DNA from: Methanothrix sp.
Lineage (GTDB): Archaea > Halobacteriota > Methanosarcinia > Methanotrichales > Methanotrichaceae
DNA: 64,000 nt
Assembly: GCA_040770465.1 (NCBI GenBank)
Contig: JAXGJB010000005.1
Coordinates: forward strand, 1-64,000
Direction of reading: 5' to 3'
Shown: positions 10,179 to 19,955 of the stretch, piece by piece
How positions within the stretch are numbered: the first letter of the stretch is position 1
Layout of the letters: each line of letters begins with the position of its first letter
Translations under genes and position numbers: made by a program
Notes under the pieces: model-generated
Told to the model about the DNA's origin: nothing
What the model saw: only the letters and a program-made list of their open reading frames with translations
The model's database searches: none

Positions 10179-11018
10179 ATGAGGCTATGGAGAAAGACAC
10201 CGAAAATTCTGGTATGGATGGTGCTGCTGGCAGCTTTTACATCCCTCGTGCCCGCATCCCTCGGCGAGGATGCGGGATCGGATGATGTAGAGGTCAGCTG
10301 GGATCTGATCTGGAGCTTCGTTCTGGCGACCGACGCCGTCAACGCGAACCTTTCAGAGATTGACCGGGCCCTTCTGGACGCGAGCCTGACCCTGACCGAT
10401 GCTGGCGTTGAGGGCCCGGAGGCGCAGGAGGTTCTCGACGACCTCGCGGGCCTGGGGCCGTGGGTGGTGGACTGCATAACCGTCGACCTCAACGGCACCA
10501 TCGTGGAGGTGATGCCTGAGGAGTATCAGTATGTCGCGGGGACGAGCATAATCGACCAGGAGCACATCGAACGGCTCCTCTCCACCAGAAGGCCTGTAGG
10601 CCTCGCCTACATCGAGAGCGTCGAGGGGTTTTATGCCATGGACTTCGCCTCTCCGATCTTCGATGGGGAGGGCAGATTGACCGGAGCGGTGACGGTCCTC
10701 GTCAACTCGACCGAGCTCTTCGGGACGGTTCTTGCACCCTATCAGCCCGAAGGCTCCGCCAAGATCTGGGCCATGATGCCCGACGGGACGATCATCAGCG
10801 ATCCCGACTCCGAGCAGATCGGAAGAAACACCTTCACCGACCCCCTCTTCCAGCCGTTCCCGGACCTGTTGGCGGTGGCAGGAAGGGTGGAGATGGAGAG
10901 GTCGGGCACCGGCAGATACGAGATATCCGGAACGACAAGAGATGTCTTCTGGACGACAGCCGACTACCAGGGGAGCGAGATCAGGATCCTCCTCAGCGTG
11001 GACGCGCCGTCGGCATGA
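10179..11018 (+). CDS. Secreted stand-alone Cache (dCache-like) domain protein
   Basis: Signal peptide; TVDLNGTIV, SPIFDGEGRLTGAV, MMPDGTIISDPDSEQIGRN; no second TM or output domain. Confidence 0.7.
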   Translation: MRLWRKTPKILVWMVLLAAFTSLVPASLGEDAGSDDVEVSWDLIWSFVLATDAVNANLSEIDRALLDASLTLTDAGVEGPEAQEVLDDLAGLGPWVVDCITVDLNGTIVEVMPEEYQYVAGTSIIDQEHIERLLSTRRPVGLAYIESVEGFYAMDFASPIFDGEGRLTGAVTVLVNSTELFGTVLAPYQPEGSAKIWAMMPDGTIISDPDSEQIGRNTFTDPLFQPFPDLLAVAGRVEMERSGTGRYEISGTTRDVFWTTADYQGSEIRILLSVDAPSA

Positions 11019-11223
11019 CGAGCGGGGATGGCGGGCGCTGAATCTGAGGGGATTGGAGACCAAAAGAGAGAGCCCGAAAAGAAAAACGGTCAACTGCGAA
11101 TGGGTCAAACAAGGTGGAATGGACCAAATAAGGTGATGCCCGGAAAATCGTGGGGTGAGGATGCGGCAGGCGGAAGAGCCGCCTGCCGGAGATCCACCGA
11201 AAAAAGGTCCTGGGACGAGATCC

Positions 11224-11496
11224 TCAGATCTGGTCCAGCTTCTCTATCCCCACCTTCTTGACGTTCGGCTTCCAGATCTCTTTGGGCATCCAGTCGGGGG
11301 CGTTGGACGGCTTCACCACCAGATTTCGCTCGCCCTTGAATAAGTGGACCTTCTTTGTGCCCCTCTCCCTCAGCCTGATGTCGGTGTATCCCCGGTTTGC
11401 AGCCTTCAAAGCCGCTTGCCTCGGCTGTTTTCCCGTGAAAACGCCGATTTCGTTGCCTTCAGCGTCTCTTAACGCGAAGTTTCTTTTATTGGTCAT
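11224..11496 (-). CDS. Non-histone chromosomal protein MC1
   Basis: RNFALRD..EIGVFTGKQPRQAALKAA, RLRERGTKKVH, PDWMP. Confidence 0.95.
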   Translation of the reverse strand: MTNKRNFALRDAEGNEIGVFTGKQPRQAALKAANRGYTDIRLRERGTKKVHLFKGERNLVVKPSNAPDWMPKEIWKPNVKKVGIEKLDQI

Positions 11497-11639
11497 ATTT
11501 TTATACCTCACATTATCCCTATGCAGAGGAGGATATGTCCCGTTGCATCTCTATATATCAAGAACACTTATATTAATCTTTTGTTCGATCGAATATTTTC
11601 TTCGAAGTACTCGGCGGGAAAAATCCGAAACAGGCGGCC

Positions 11640-11748
11640 GAAACCGGTGATCTCGATCCGAAAACGCGAACCTCCTGGTAAACTAGTTGAAACCGGCGAT
11701 CTCGATCCGAAAACGCGAACCACCTGGTAAACTAGTTGAAACCGGCGA
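11640..11748. repeat. 49-bp tandem repeat, 2 full copies plus an 11-bp partial
   Basis: GAAACCGG(T/C)GATCTCGATCCGAAAACGCGAACC(T/A)CCTGGTAAACTAGTT at 11640 and 11689, partial at 11738. Confidence 0.92.
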
Positions 11749-11787
11749 GGGAATGATATTTATTCGCCATAGGGCCTCTCTTCATTC

Positions 11788-12330
11788 ATGTCTTGGGTTG
11801 TCTGGTTCACAGGGCTTCCCGGTTGCGGAAAGACCACCATCGCCAAAGAGGTGAAGGCAGGGCTCGAAGAACGGGGGATCAAGGTCAAGGTTCTGGAGCT
11901 GGACGAGATCCGTCGGGTCATAACCCCCAAGCCCACCTATTCAGACCAGGAGAGGGATGTGGTCTACGCGAGCCTCGCTTACATGGCCAAGCTCCTCTCG
12001 GAGGCCGGAACGAACGTCATCGTCGACGCCACCGCCAACCGTCGGAGGTATCGAGATCTCGCAAGAGCGCTCGTCCCCCGGTTCGCCGAGGTCTACGTCA
12101 AAGCTTCCCTCGCAGCCTGCATCGAACGCGAGCGGGGACGAAAGGCCGTCTACTCACCAAAAGGGATCTACGCGAAGGCCAGCGGGGAGGATGCGACGGT
12201 TCCTGGGGTTAACGTCGCCTACGAGGAGCCCGTAAACCCTGGGGTTGTGGTGGACGCTGAGGGGCTCTCTCCGGACCAGAACGCAGTCGTGGTTGTGAAC
12301 TGGATCCTCAAGACCTTCGAAAGTCCTTGA
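11788..12330 (+). CDS. cysC: Adenylyl-sulfate kinase-like P-loop kinase
   Basis: WFTGLPGCGKTT, EVYV, SPKGIYAKA, PGVNVAYEEP. Confidence 0.75.
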   Translation: MSWVVWFTGLPGCGKTTIAKEVKAGLEERGIKVKVLELDEIRRVITPKPTYSDQERDVVYASLAYMAKLLSEAGTNVIVDATANRRRYRDLARALVPRFAEVYVKASLAACIERERGRKAVYSPKGIYAKASGEDATVPGVNVAYEEPVNPGVVVDAEGLSPDQNAVVVVNWILKTFESP

Positions 12331-12395
12331 ACGGGGATTTTAGCAGGAAAGGTTAATATCGTGATATTTCTTAAATCTCTCAAGGAGGAATTAGA

Positions 12396-13550
12396 CTGAA
12401 ATCCAATGCAGGCTTCGTAGGATTTGATGGGACGGAGAACAAGAGAACGGTTCTCGCCCTGGACGCTGTCAAGAAAGCCGCAGGAATCGGAGGCGATCTG
12501 AACGTCCTGCTCCGCCAGCCCCACGGCAGAGCGAAGAACACGTTGAGCAAGCTCGTCAGGATCTGCGACGTCAAAGCCTACGTCTCGGACGATGCCGACA
12601 AGGCAAAGTGGGAGGGCGCAGGCTTCTCGATAGAGGGTGGCTACACCGACTTCTTCGAGGACTCCGACTTCATCATGGTGGGAACCCCCGGAGATCAGGA
12701 AGTTCCTTACGTCGAAGCCGGGCTCGCCACCGGCTGCACCGTCTCCCTGATGGGCGGGGCCCACCGGGGCAAGATAATGGCGGCCCTGAAGGAGAAGGGC
12801 GTCGAGATATCGGACGAGCTGAAGTCGGACTTTGAGCGAGAGTTCTTCTTCGGGCTTGAGAACTACGAGATGTTCCTTTCGGCAAAGCCGAAGGTGATCC
12901 AGTGCACCAGCTGCAACACCACCGGCATCTGCAGGACGTCTCTTGCAGCCCGGCCCCTCGGCCTCAAGATGATCCTCGGAAACATCGACCGGAGGCACGG
13001 CGACCCCCACACCGTCGTCAGAGCATCTCCGTCGGCCGTCTCCATAGGCAAGGGCGTCGGCCACCAGGGGACCGACGCGGGGACCGTCTTCGAGGAGGTG
13101 ACCTACAGCATCAGGGCGTCCAAGATCCCGACCACCGTCCCCCACACCAGCTTCCTCAACCTGGTCTTCGACGGGGATGTCGCCCCAGAGGATCTCATCG
13201 AGAGCATGGCTAAGACGAGGGAGGTCGTCGTCGTGCCTTACGTCGACGATGGCGGACGAAAGCACGAGTGGACGAGCGAGATTTTGGAGGCGTTCTTATC
13301 CGGCTTTGAGCGGCCCATCAGCCCCGAGATCTTCGAGCTTCTGGTATCAGACTCGATCATCCCCGTCAAGCTCGGCGAGTTCACCATCCTCCAGGTGGCG
13401 ATGATGGTCGAGCAGATGTCGATCGCCGTCCCCAACCACGTCGAGTCCTACCTACTCAGCGCTGGCTACTCGGCCGAGAAGGTTCACAGCACCGTGGACA
13501 AGGCCCTCACCTGCGTTCACGGGGTCTGGCCGGACAAGCTCTCCACCTGA
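12396..13550 (+). CDS. Divergent archaeal-type (class II) GAPDH homolog with probable CTG start
   Basis: TSCNTTGICR, DRRHGDP, IPTTVPH; the frame is open from the stop at 12372-12374, and CTG at 12396 follows AGGAGG and restores the N-terminal Rossmann strand. Confidence 0.75.
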   Translation: MKSNAGFVGFDGTENKRTVLALDAVKKAAGIGGDLNVLLRQPHGRAKNTLSKLVRICDVKAYVSDDADKAKWEGAGFSIEGGYTDFFEDSDFIMVGTPGDQEVPYVEAGLATGCTVSLMGGAHRGKIMAALKEKGVEISDELKSDFEREFFFGLENYEMFLSAKPKVIQCTSCNTTGICRTSLAARPLGLKMILGNIDRRHGDPHTVVRASPSAVSIGKGVGHQGTDAGTVFEEVTYSIRASKIPTTVPHTSFLNLVFDGDVAPEDLIESMAKTREVVVVPYVDDGGRKHEWTSEILEAFLSGFERPISPEIFELLVSDSIIPVKLGEFTILQVAMMVEQMSIAVPNHVESYLLSAGYSAEKVHSTVDKALTCVHGVWPDKLST

Positions 13551-13563
13551 GACCCACACTTTC

Positions 13564-14622
13564 ATGTCCGACGACCTGATCGCAGGCGACCTTTCTGGAA
13601 CGAAGGTCATCCTGGGAAAAGAGGGGATAGCGGAGCTTTACGAGCAGGGGAGCTTTGGGAGGCCCGCCCGCGGCGGCCTCGAGCTCTCCCTGGTGGAGGC
13701 GGCCTACCTCCTGGACCGGGGGAGGATCGCGGTCCGCCTCGATGGCGAGGACCTCGACTTCCGGTCCTTCTTCGAGGCGGCGACGTCATTGGAGGCGGGC
13801 TTCGAGTTCAGGTACGTCGTCTACAAGGACCTCCGGGAGAGGGGCTACTACGTCCAGCCCGGGGTCGCCGACTTTCGGGTCTACCCTCGAGGCGGAAAGC
13901 CAGGCAAGACCCCGGCCGAGTTCTACGTCCAGGTGATCTCCGAGAGGGAGCCGGTCCCCCTCAAAAAGCTGGTGGAGCCGGCTAAAGTAGCAAGACAGAT
14001 GAGAAAGAGGCTGATGCTGGCGGTCGTCGACGAGGAGAGCGACATAACGTTCTACGAGGCGAGGGATAGAGAGCTGAAGGGCGAGATGAAAGTCGGGGTC
14101 CACGGCGGCACCGCCACCCTCCTGGAAGACCGGGTGATGCTCTGGGACCCCGAGCCGTCCCAGCTCCTCCACGAATCGGGTTTCTACGGAAAGCTCGGTG
14201 GCGGGAGGCTCCAGCTCTCCCTGGTCGAGTCGGCTTACCTCCTGGAGAAGGGGTTCATCGAGATCGTCGACCGGTCTGGAAATCCCCTGGACACCGAGGA
14301 GTTCGCGAAGCGGGCGAGGCTCGTCGAGGAGGACTTCGATATGAAGCGCCGGGTATACTGGGACCTCCGGGACCGAAACCTGGTGGTCAAGACCGGCTTC
14401 AAGTTCGGAAGCCACTTTCGGGTCTACAAAAAGGTGGAAGGCCCAAAGAAGGTGCCCCACTCCGAGTACCTCGTCCACTCCGTCCCCGAGGATCACGTAT
14501 TTCACCTGCCCGTCGTCTCCCGGGCCGTCAGGCTCGCCCACAGCGTCAGAAAACAGATGGTATTCGCCCGCCAGGAGGACGGCGCTGTGAAGTACCTTGA
14601 GATCAAGCGGCTCAAGCCCTGA
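13564..14622 (+). CDS. endA: tRNA-splicing endonuclease (two-unit, alpha2 type)
   Basis: LSLVEAAYL twice, KTGFKFGSHFRVY, HSEYL, RLAHSVRK. Confidence 0.96.
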   Translation: MSDDLIAGDLSGTKVILGKEGIAELYEQGSFGRPARGGLELSLVEAAYLLDRGRIAVRLDGEDLDFRSFFEAATSLEAGFEFRYVVYKDLRERGYYVQPGVADFRVYPRGGKPGKTPAEFYVQVISEREPVPLKKLVEPAKVARQMRKRLMLAVVDEESDITFYEARDRELKGEMKVGVHGGTATLLEDRVMLWDPEPSQLLHESGFYGKLGGGRLQLSLVESAYLLEKGFIEIVDRSGNPLDTEEFAKRARLVEEDFDMKRRVYWDLRDRNLVVKTGFKFGSHFRVYKKVEGPKKVPHSEYLVHSVPEDHVFHLPVVSRAVRLAHSVRKQMVFARQEDGAVKYLEIKRLKP

Positions 14623-14628
14623 TTTTTC

Positions 14629-15153
14629 ATGGCGACCTTTTGTCGCGGCCTCATCCGCCTTTTTTCGCGCTTCTCGTTCTTCTCGTTTTTCTCCCGTCGG
14701 AAGAGCGCTTCAACGGACAAAAAAGAAGAGCTCAAAGGTCTGATCCGTGATGGAGACGGTCACCTCAAAGATGGCAACCTCGATCCCGCCCTTAAGGCCT
14801 ATACAAAAGCCGCCCGGATCGATCCGGGAAGCTCTGCGGAGAAGAAGTCCGCTCAGGTCCTCGGGATGATGGGAAGGTACATGGAGGCGATCGCCACCAT
14901 CGACCGGGCGATCGAGATCGATCCCTCCGACGCAGAAGCCTGGATGCACCGGGGCTTTCTCTTCTTGAGGCTGGATAGAAGGCGGGAAGCTGTCGCGTGT
15001 TTTGAGCGTGCCATTGCCCTCGATCCTGGAAACGATTACGCGAGATTCTGCCGGACTGAAACGGCGGAGGAGATAAAACGGGCAGAGGTCGGATCCAGAA
15101 GGGCCGGATCCAGAAGGAGATCCATCTCCGTCGACGGACGAAAGAAGAGATGA
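14629..15153 (+). CDS. TPR repeat protein
   Basis: AIEIDPSDAEAWMHRG, FERAIALDPGN. Confidence 0.75.
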   Translation: MATFCRGLIRLFSRFSFFSFFSRRKSASTDKKEELKGLIRDGDGHLKDGNLDPALKAYTKAARIDPGSSAEKKSAQVLGMMGRYMEAIATIDRAIEIDPSDAEAWMHRGFLFLRLDRRREAVACFERAIALDPGNDYARFCRTETAEEIKRAEVGSRRAGSRRRSISVDGRKKR

Positions 15154-15200
15154 TCTGGCAGATCGATGAACGAAAGGAACGTGGATGAAAATCAGCTTGA

Positions 15201-15272
15201 TGGACTCGGCGGGATTCGAACCCGCGGCCTCTACCTTGCGAAGGTAGCGATCTACCCCTGATCTACGAGCCC
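15201..15272 (-). tRNA. tRNA-Ala(CGC), intronless, CCA not encoded
   Basis: GGGCTCGTAGATCAGGGGTAGATCGCTACCTTCGCAAGGTAGAGGCCGCGGGTTCGAATCCCGCCGAGTCCA; G3:U70 pair, TTCGAA T-loop. Confidence 0.97.
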
Positions 15273-15300
15273 GCAAGTAGAAACTGTGAAATGGTGGAGC

Positions 15301-15567
15301 TCAGAGGAGCCCTACCTCTTCCACCTCTACCGACTGGACGCCCGCCACCCCGGCGACGGCGGCCTCCAGCCCCTCGGTCCCGGTGACCCCCTCCGCCAGG
15401 ATCACAGCGACCATCAGCGCCTTCAGGCCGAAGGCTATGGGAACTTCGGCAAAACCATGAAGCCTCGCCCCTTCCGGAAGGACGGACTTTATGTCGGCCT
15501 TCATCTTTTCCAGGTCGGTGTCGGCGCCCTCGGGCATGATCTTCAGCTTGGCAGCAACTTCTCCCAT
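15301..15567 (-). CDS. ef1b: Elongation factor 1-beta
   Basis: MGEVAAKLKIMP, VPIAFGLKAL. Confidence 0.95.
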   Translation of the reverse strand: MGEVAAKLKIMPEGADTDLEKMKADIKSVLPEGARLHGFAEVPIAFGLKALMVAVILAEGVTGTEGLEAAVAGVAGVQSVEVEEVGLL

Positions 15568-15576
15568 TCTGTCACC

Positions 15577-15744
15577 TCAAGGTCCCAAGAACCCGCAGTT
15601 AGGACAGGTATAGGGGTTGCTCTGCTTTCTGCACTTGTTGCACCTTATTATTATCTCCCCGCAGTTGGGGCAAGGGAACCTGGCGCCACCCGGCCCGATC
15701 AGCGTTACGCCGCATGACATGCATCTCTCTGATTTTTCCGTCAT
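15577..15744 (-). CDS. Zn-finger microprotein (HVO_2753/DUF1610-like), 55 aa
   Basis: Manual translation [55 protein letters not shown]; four CxxC motifs; typical position upstream of ef1b. Confidence 0.92.
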   Translation of the reverse strand: MTEKSERCMSCGVTLIGPGGARFPCPNCGEIIIRCNKCRKQSNPYTCPNCGFLGP

Positions 15745-15754
15745 GTTACTCTCT

Positions 15755-16438
15755 CTACGTGCTTTGATCGATCCCAGGGTATAAACTTTCCCTTACGTCA
15801 GGACCGCTCCGACCAACACCTCGCCCTCTTATAAGGGTTCCGCCTTTCCTCGCCTTCAAGTTCGCGATGAATCGGGCGGGGTCTCTTCCATCGAGGACGA
15901 GGCAGCTTCTGCCGTACTTTTTCAAAATGTGGAGAGACCCCTGGTCGATGCAGGTCTCTATTCCGATGAGCTCCTCTGGCAAGACCTCTCCTGCGATCCG
16001 GCCGTCCAGGACGACGCCGTCGACGTCCGTCGCCTTGACGAGATCGGCCTTTAGCCTCGCGGCGACGAGGGCGGCGACGGAGTCGGAGGTGTACTCCCAG
16101 GAATGTTCAAGCTCTCTGTCGTCACGCATCAGAGGTAGGTAGGGGAGGAGGATCTCGACTCCGGAGGCGGGCCTTGAGATCTCGCAGGTCAGGTGGGCAC
16201 GGGTCCCGTCCGCCAGAAAACGGCCGTACTCTTCCATCGCCAGTATCGCCATCCAGTGGGCCGTCTCCTCCAATAGCTGGTATCTGTTGTAGATCCCGCG
16301 CACCAGGTCCGCCATGGGGCCTCCGCCCGGGACCACGAGGAAGACGTCGCCATCCTCCGAGAGGCTGACGAGCCCCTTCACGATGTCCCTGGAGACGTCG
16401 ATCAGACTTCCGCCAATCTTAACTACGCAGAAGGTCAT
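15755..16438 (-). CDS. Amino-acid-kinase family protein (MfnE-like, methanofuran pathway)
   Basis: [40 protein letters not shown]. Confidence 0.75.
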   Translation of the reverse strand: MTFCVVKIGGSLIDVSRDIVKGLVSLSEDGDVFLVVPGGGPMADLVRGIYNRYQLLEETAHWMAILAMEEYGRFLADGTRAHLTCEISRPASGVEILLPYLPLMRDDRELEHSWEYTSDSVAALVAARLKADLVKATDVDGVVLDGRIAGEVLPEELIGIETCIDQGSLHILKKYGRSCLVLDGRDPARFIANLKARKGGTLIRGRGVGRSGPDVRESLYPGIDQST

Positions 16439-16677
16439 GGCTAGCCCAAAGCTCGCCAGGTATATCTGAGGTGCGGAACGAAAGGATCGAAAATCCGTTC
16501 GATAGAAAACTATGAAAATAAAGTGAAGAGAAAAGAGCGCAAAAGCCGATATTGGATGTAGGGTAAAGGAGGGAGACTAAGTCCATCGACTTTTGCTCAT
16601 TTGACGCACGTCATTTGTCGAATATAAACCTTTCGGTAGGCCACTGCCTTTAAGTCTATATAAGCGTTGTGGTTTTG

Positions 16678-17067
16678 ATGAAGACGCCGCTGCTCGCAAC
16701 AGACGCCCTCATCCTCTTCGGTGAGGGGATCGTGCTGATAAGAAGAGAGAACCCGCCCTACCAGGGCTTTTACGCCCTCCCCGGCGGTTTTGTGGAGGTG
16801 GGGGAGACCGTCGAGGAGGCGGCCCGGCGGGAAGCGAAGGAGGAGACGGGCCTGGATATCACCCTCCTCAAGCTGGTGGGGGTCTACTCTAAGCCCGACC
16901 GCGACCCACGTGGGCACGTCGTCTCGATAACTTACCTCGCCGAGGGGAGGGGGAAACTCGTCGCGGGGTCGGACGCCAGGTCCGCAGAGGTCTTCGGACC
17001 GGATAACCTGCCGCCCCTCGCCTTCGATCACGCTGCGATAATCCGGGACGGGCTGGAGAAGCTTTAA
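16678..17067 (+). CDS. Nudix hydrolase (ADP-ribose pyrophosphatase-like)
   Basis: PGGFVEVGETVEEAARREAKEETGL, RDPRGH, LAFDH. Confidence 0.92.
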   Translation: MKTPLLATDALILFGEGIVLIRRENPPYQGFYALPGGFVEVGETVEEAARREAKEETGLDITLLKLVGVYSKPDRDPRGHVVSITYLAEGRGKLVAGSDARSAEVFGPDNLPPLAFDHAAIIRDGLEKL

Positions 17068-17096
17068 GATATCTTCGATCAGGAGATGGGGCTTGC

Positions 17097-18794
17097 ATGG
17101 CCGACGATATCAGGGAGATCATAGAGAAGTACGCCCTTCAGAACGCGGTGAAGTACAGGGCCGCGCCCCAGGCGGGAGCGGTGATGGGAAAACTGATGGG
17201 CGAGCGTCCGGAGCTTCGGGCGAGGGCGAAGGAGGTCTCGCCCCTCGTCGCATCGGTCCTCGCCGAGGTGGCGAAGACCGGACCCGAAGTCTGGGAACGC
17301 AGGCTCGCCGAGATCGCGCCGGAGCTTCTGGCGGAGCTTGGGGAGAAGAAAGAGCCGGATAAGGGGCTGCCGCAGCTCGACGGGGCCGAGGGAGGGGTCA
17401 TCATGAGGTTTGCCCCAAACCCCAACGGCCCGCCCACCATCGGGTCCGCTCGCGGGATCATCATCAACTCCGAGTACGTCAAGAGGTACGGCGGAAAGTT
17501 CCTCCTCCGCTTCGACGACACCGACCCCGTCAACAAGAGGCCGATGCTCGAGGCATACGGCTGGTACCTCGAGGACAGCGAGTGGCTCGGCGCCGTCCCC
17601 GACGAGGTGGTGATCGCAAGCGATCGCCTCCCCCGATATTACGAGGTCGCTGAGGAGCTGATCCGAAGGAATGGGGCCTACGTCTGCCGGTGCAACCAGG
17701 CGACCTTCAAGGCTCTTAAGGACGCGGCCACGCCCTGTCCTCACCGGGACCAGAGCGTCGAGGAGAACATGGCCCTCTGGAACGATATGATGAACGGCGG
17801 CTTAGGCCCCGGAGAGGCGGTCCTGAGGGTGAAGACGGAGATCGCCCACAAGGACCCAGCCCTCCGGGACTGGGCCGCCTTTCGGATCGTCACCGCCGAT
17901 CATCCGAGGGTCGGCGAGAGGTACAGGGTCTGGCCGCTCCTCGACTTCGAGTCGGCGGTCGAGGACCACTTTTTGGGGGTCACCACCATCCTCCGAGGCA
18001 AAGACCTGATGGACAGCGAGCGGAGGCAGAGGTACCTCTACGGCCACATGGGCTGGGAGTACCCGACGACGATCCACTGGGGGAGGATCAAGATCCACCA
18101 GTTCGGCTCCTTCAGCACCAGCGCTCTCCGGCGGGCCCTTGAGGCCGGGGAGTACTCGGGCTGGGACGATGCGCGGATGCCGACGGTCAGGGCGCTTAGG
18201 CGGCGCGGGATCCGGGCCGAGGCGCTCCGGAAGTTCATGATCGACCTGGGGGTCGGGGAGACGGACATCAGCATCAGCATGGACTCGGTCTACGCCGAGA
18301 ACCGGAAGATCGTCGATCCGGAGGCTAGGAGGCGGTTTTTCGTCAAAGACCCCGTTCCGATGGAGATCGAGGGGGAGGTCCCATCGATCGCGAAGGCCCC
18401 CTTCCACCCGACCCTGGACAGAGGCTACCGCGAGATTCCCGCAGGATCGAAACTCCTCGTCTCGACCGACGACCTGTTAGACCTCAAGGTCGGAGGGAGC
18501 CTGAGGCTCAAAGATCTCTGCAACATCGAAATTCTAAGCCTCAATCCCCTCCGGGCGAGGGCCATCGGGACCGACCCCCAGCAGGCGAGGGAGATGAAGC
18601 TTCGGATCATCCACTGGGCTCCGACGGGCGGCGTCCCCGTGCGGGTGATGCGACCCGACGGCACCGACACCGGGATCGGCGAATTGGGCATCAAGGACGA
18701 TCTAGACAAGGTCGTCCAGTTCGAGAGGTACGGCTTCGTCCGGATCGACTCGGTGGCGGATGATGAGGTCATCGCGTACTTCGCCCATAGGTGA
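17097..18794 (+). CDS. gltX: Glutamyl-tRNA synthetase
   Basis: RFAPNPNGPPTIGSAR, RFDDTDP, GWDDARMPT, VQFERYGFVR. Confidence 0.96.
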   Translation: MADDIREIIEKYALQNAVKYRAAPQAGAVMGKLMGERPELRARAKEVSPLVASVLAEVAKTGPEVWERRLAEIAPELLAELGEKKEPDKGLPQLDGAEGGVIMRFAPNPNGPPTIGSARGIIINSEYVKRYGGKFLLRFDDTDPVNKRPMLEAYGWYLEDSEWLGAVPDEVVIASDRLPRYYEVAEELIRRNGAYVCRCNQATFKALKDAATPCPHRDQSVEENMALWNDMMNGGLGPGEAVLRVKTEIAHKDPALRDWAAFRIVTADHPRVGERYRVWPLLDFESAVEDHFLGVTTILRGKDLMDSERRQRYLYGHMGWEYPTTIHWGRIKIHQFGSFSTSALRRALEAGEYSGWDDARMPTVRALRRRGIRAEALRKFMIDLGVGETDISISMDSVYAENRKIVDPEARRRFFVKDPVPMEIEGEVPSIAKAPFHPTLDRGYREIPAGSKLLVSTDDLLDLKVGGSLRLKDLCNIEILSLNPLRARAIGTDPQQAREMKLRIIHWAPTGGVPVRVMRPDGTDTGIGELGIKDDLDKVVQFERYGFVRIDSVADDEVIAYFAHR

Positions 18795-18896
18795 TGGGTT
18801 TTTCATGGGGCTTTTGTGATCTGCTGGAAGTCGGTCGGCATTTCTGGCGATGGACAACGCCCCCACTCCGATTTGAATGGGAGCTTACAGATCCGA

Positions 18897-19727
18897 TCAC
18901 AAATACCCAAACCCAGCCAGTGCCGCCACCAGAAATGCCACAAGGGCCGCCGCCATCCCCGCCTTCAGCATCTTCTGAGCCTTCGGCGCCTCGCCTTTTA
19001 TGATGCTCGCCAGGGCCGCGAGGAATAGAAGGTCGGCGATGGTGACCGCGACCAGATACGCTCTTCCCAGCGGCGCGATATAGCTGAGACCGATCGCCAC
19101 AGCGACGAAGAGGGCGGCAAGAAGCGACGACCTCCGCTCGCCGATGACGATCGGAAGGGTCCTCGCACCGCTGGCCACGTCGCCCGCCACGTCCTCGATG
19201 TCCTTTTCAATCTCCCTGCTCAATGTGGCAAGGGACGCCAGGAGGAACAGAAATACGGTGATCTCAACGTTCCACCCAGCAGCCCCGCCGAAGAGGAAGG
19301 TGGAGCCCGTAAGATATCCGACGGCGAGGTTTCCCGCGAAGGGCGTGACCTTGAGGTTCCGTGCGTAGAGGTAGAGCAGGATCGAGTTGAAGATGGCGAT
19401 GGCCAGGGCGAGCCGGTTGATGAAGAGCGCGAAGAGGCACCCCGCGCAAAAAAGGGCGACCGACCAGAGGAGGGCCCGATCGGGGCTGATCCGCTTGCTT
19501 GGAATCGGCCGGCCGGGCCTGTTGACGGCGTCGATCTCCCGGTCGAAGTAGTCGTTGACGGCGTTTCCCGCCCCCGTCACCGCGAATACCGCCAGGGCCA
19601 CCAGAAATGCGGTGAGGGGCTCGGGGCTGCTGTCTGCCACCAGTAGGCCGATCAGGGCGGCCAGGCTTGCCATCAGACAGTTCCCTGGCCTCATGATATC
19701 GAAATATGCCGGCGCCATTCTCCTCAA
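18897..19727 (-). CDS. Digeranylgeranylglyceryl phosphate synthase (UbiA family)
   Basis: RPGNC, NDYFDREIDAVNRPGRPIPS, REIEKDIEDVAGD; multi-TM. Confidence 0.9.
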   Translation of the reverse strand: MRRMAPAYFDIMRPGNCLMASLAALIGLLVADSSPEPLTAFLVALAVFAVTGAGNAVNDYFDREIDAVNRPGRPIPSKRISPDRALLWSVALFCAGCLFALFINRLALAIAIFNSILLYLYARNLKVTPFAGNLAVGYLTGSTFLFGGAAGWNVEITVFLFLLASLATLSREIEKDIEDVAGDVASGARTLPIVIGERRSSLLAALFVAVAIGLSYIAPLGRAYLVAVTIADLLFLAALASIIKGEAPKAQKMLKAGMAAALVAFLVAALAGFGYL

Positions 19728-19955
19728 AATCCTCCTCTCGACGAGGGCTTACAATCCCTCTTCGGATAAATTTATGCCCCTGATAAGCCGGAACCAACAA
19801 AGCGGTCGCTTTTTCATCCGAGGCCAAAGGTCTTTAACTGCGAAGATATATAACACCAAATATGAATGGGTCACGAATATTCTATCGATCGACGAGCGGA
19901 GGCCGGCCAGGGATGCTCGCGGGAGACGGGGCCGGGTCCGGGGGGTGGTGATGCG

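Noticed and set aside
11640-11748. Mini CRISPR array
   Set aside because: Units are contiguous with no unique spacers, and there are no cas genes.
15201-15272. tRNA-Ala as an integration site
   Set aside because: No integrase and no duplicated tRNA 3' end seen in the window.
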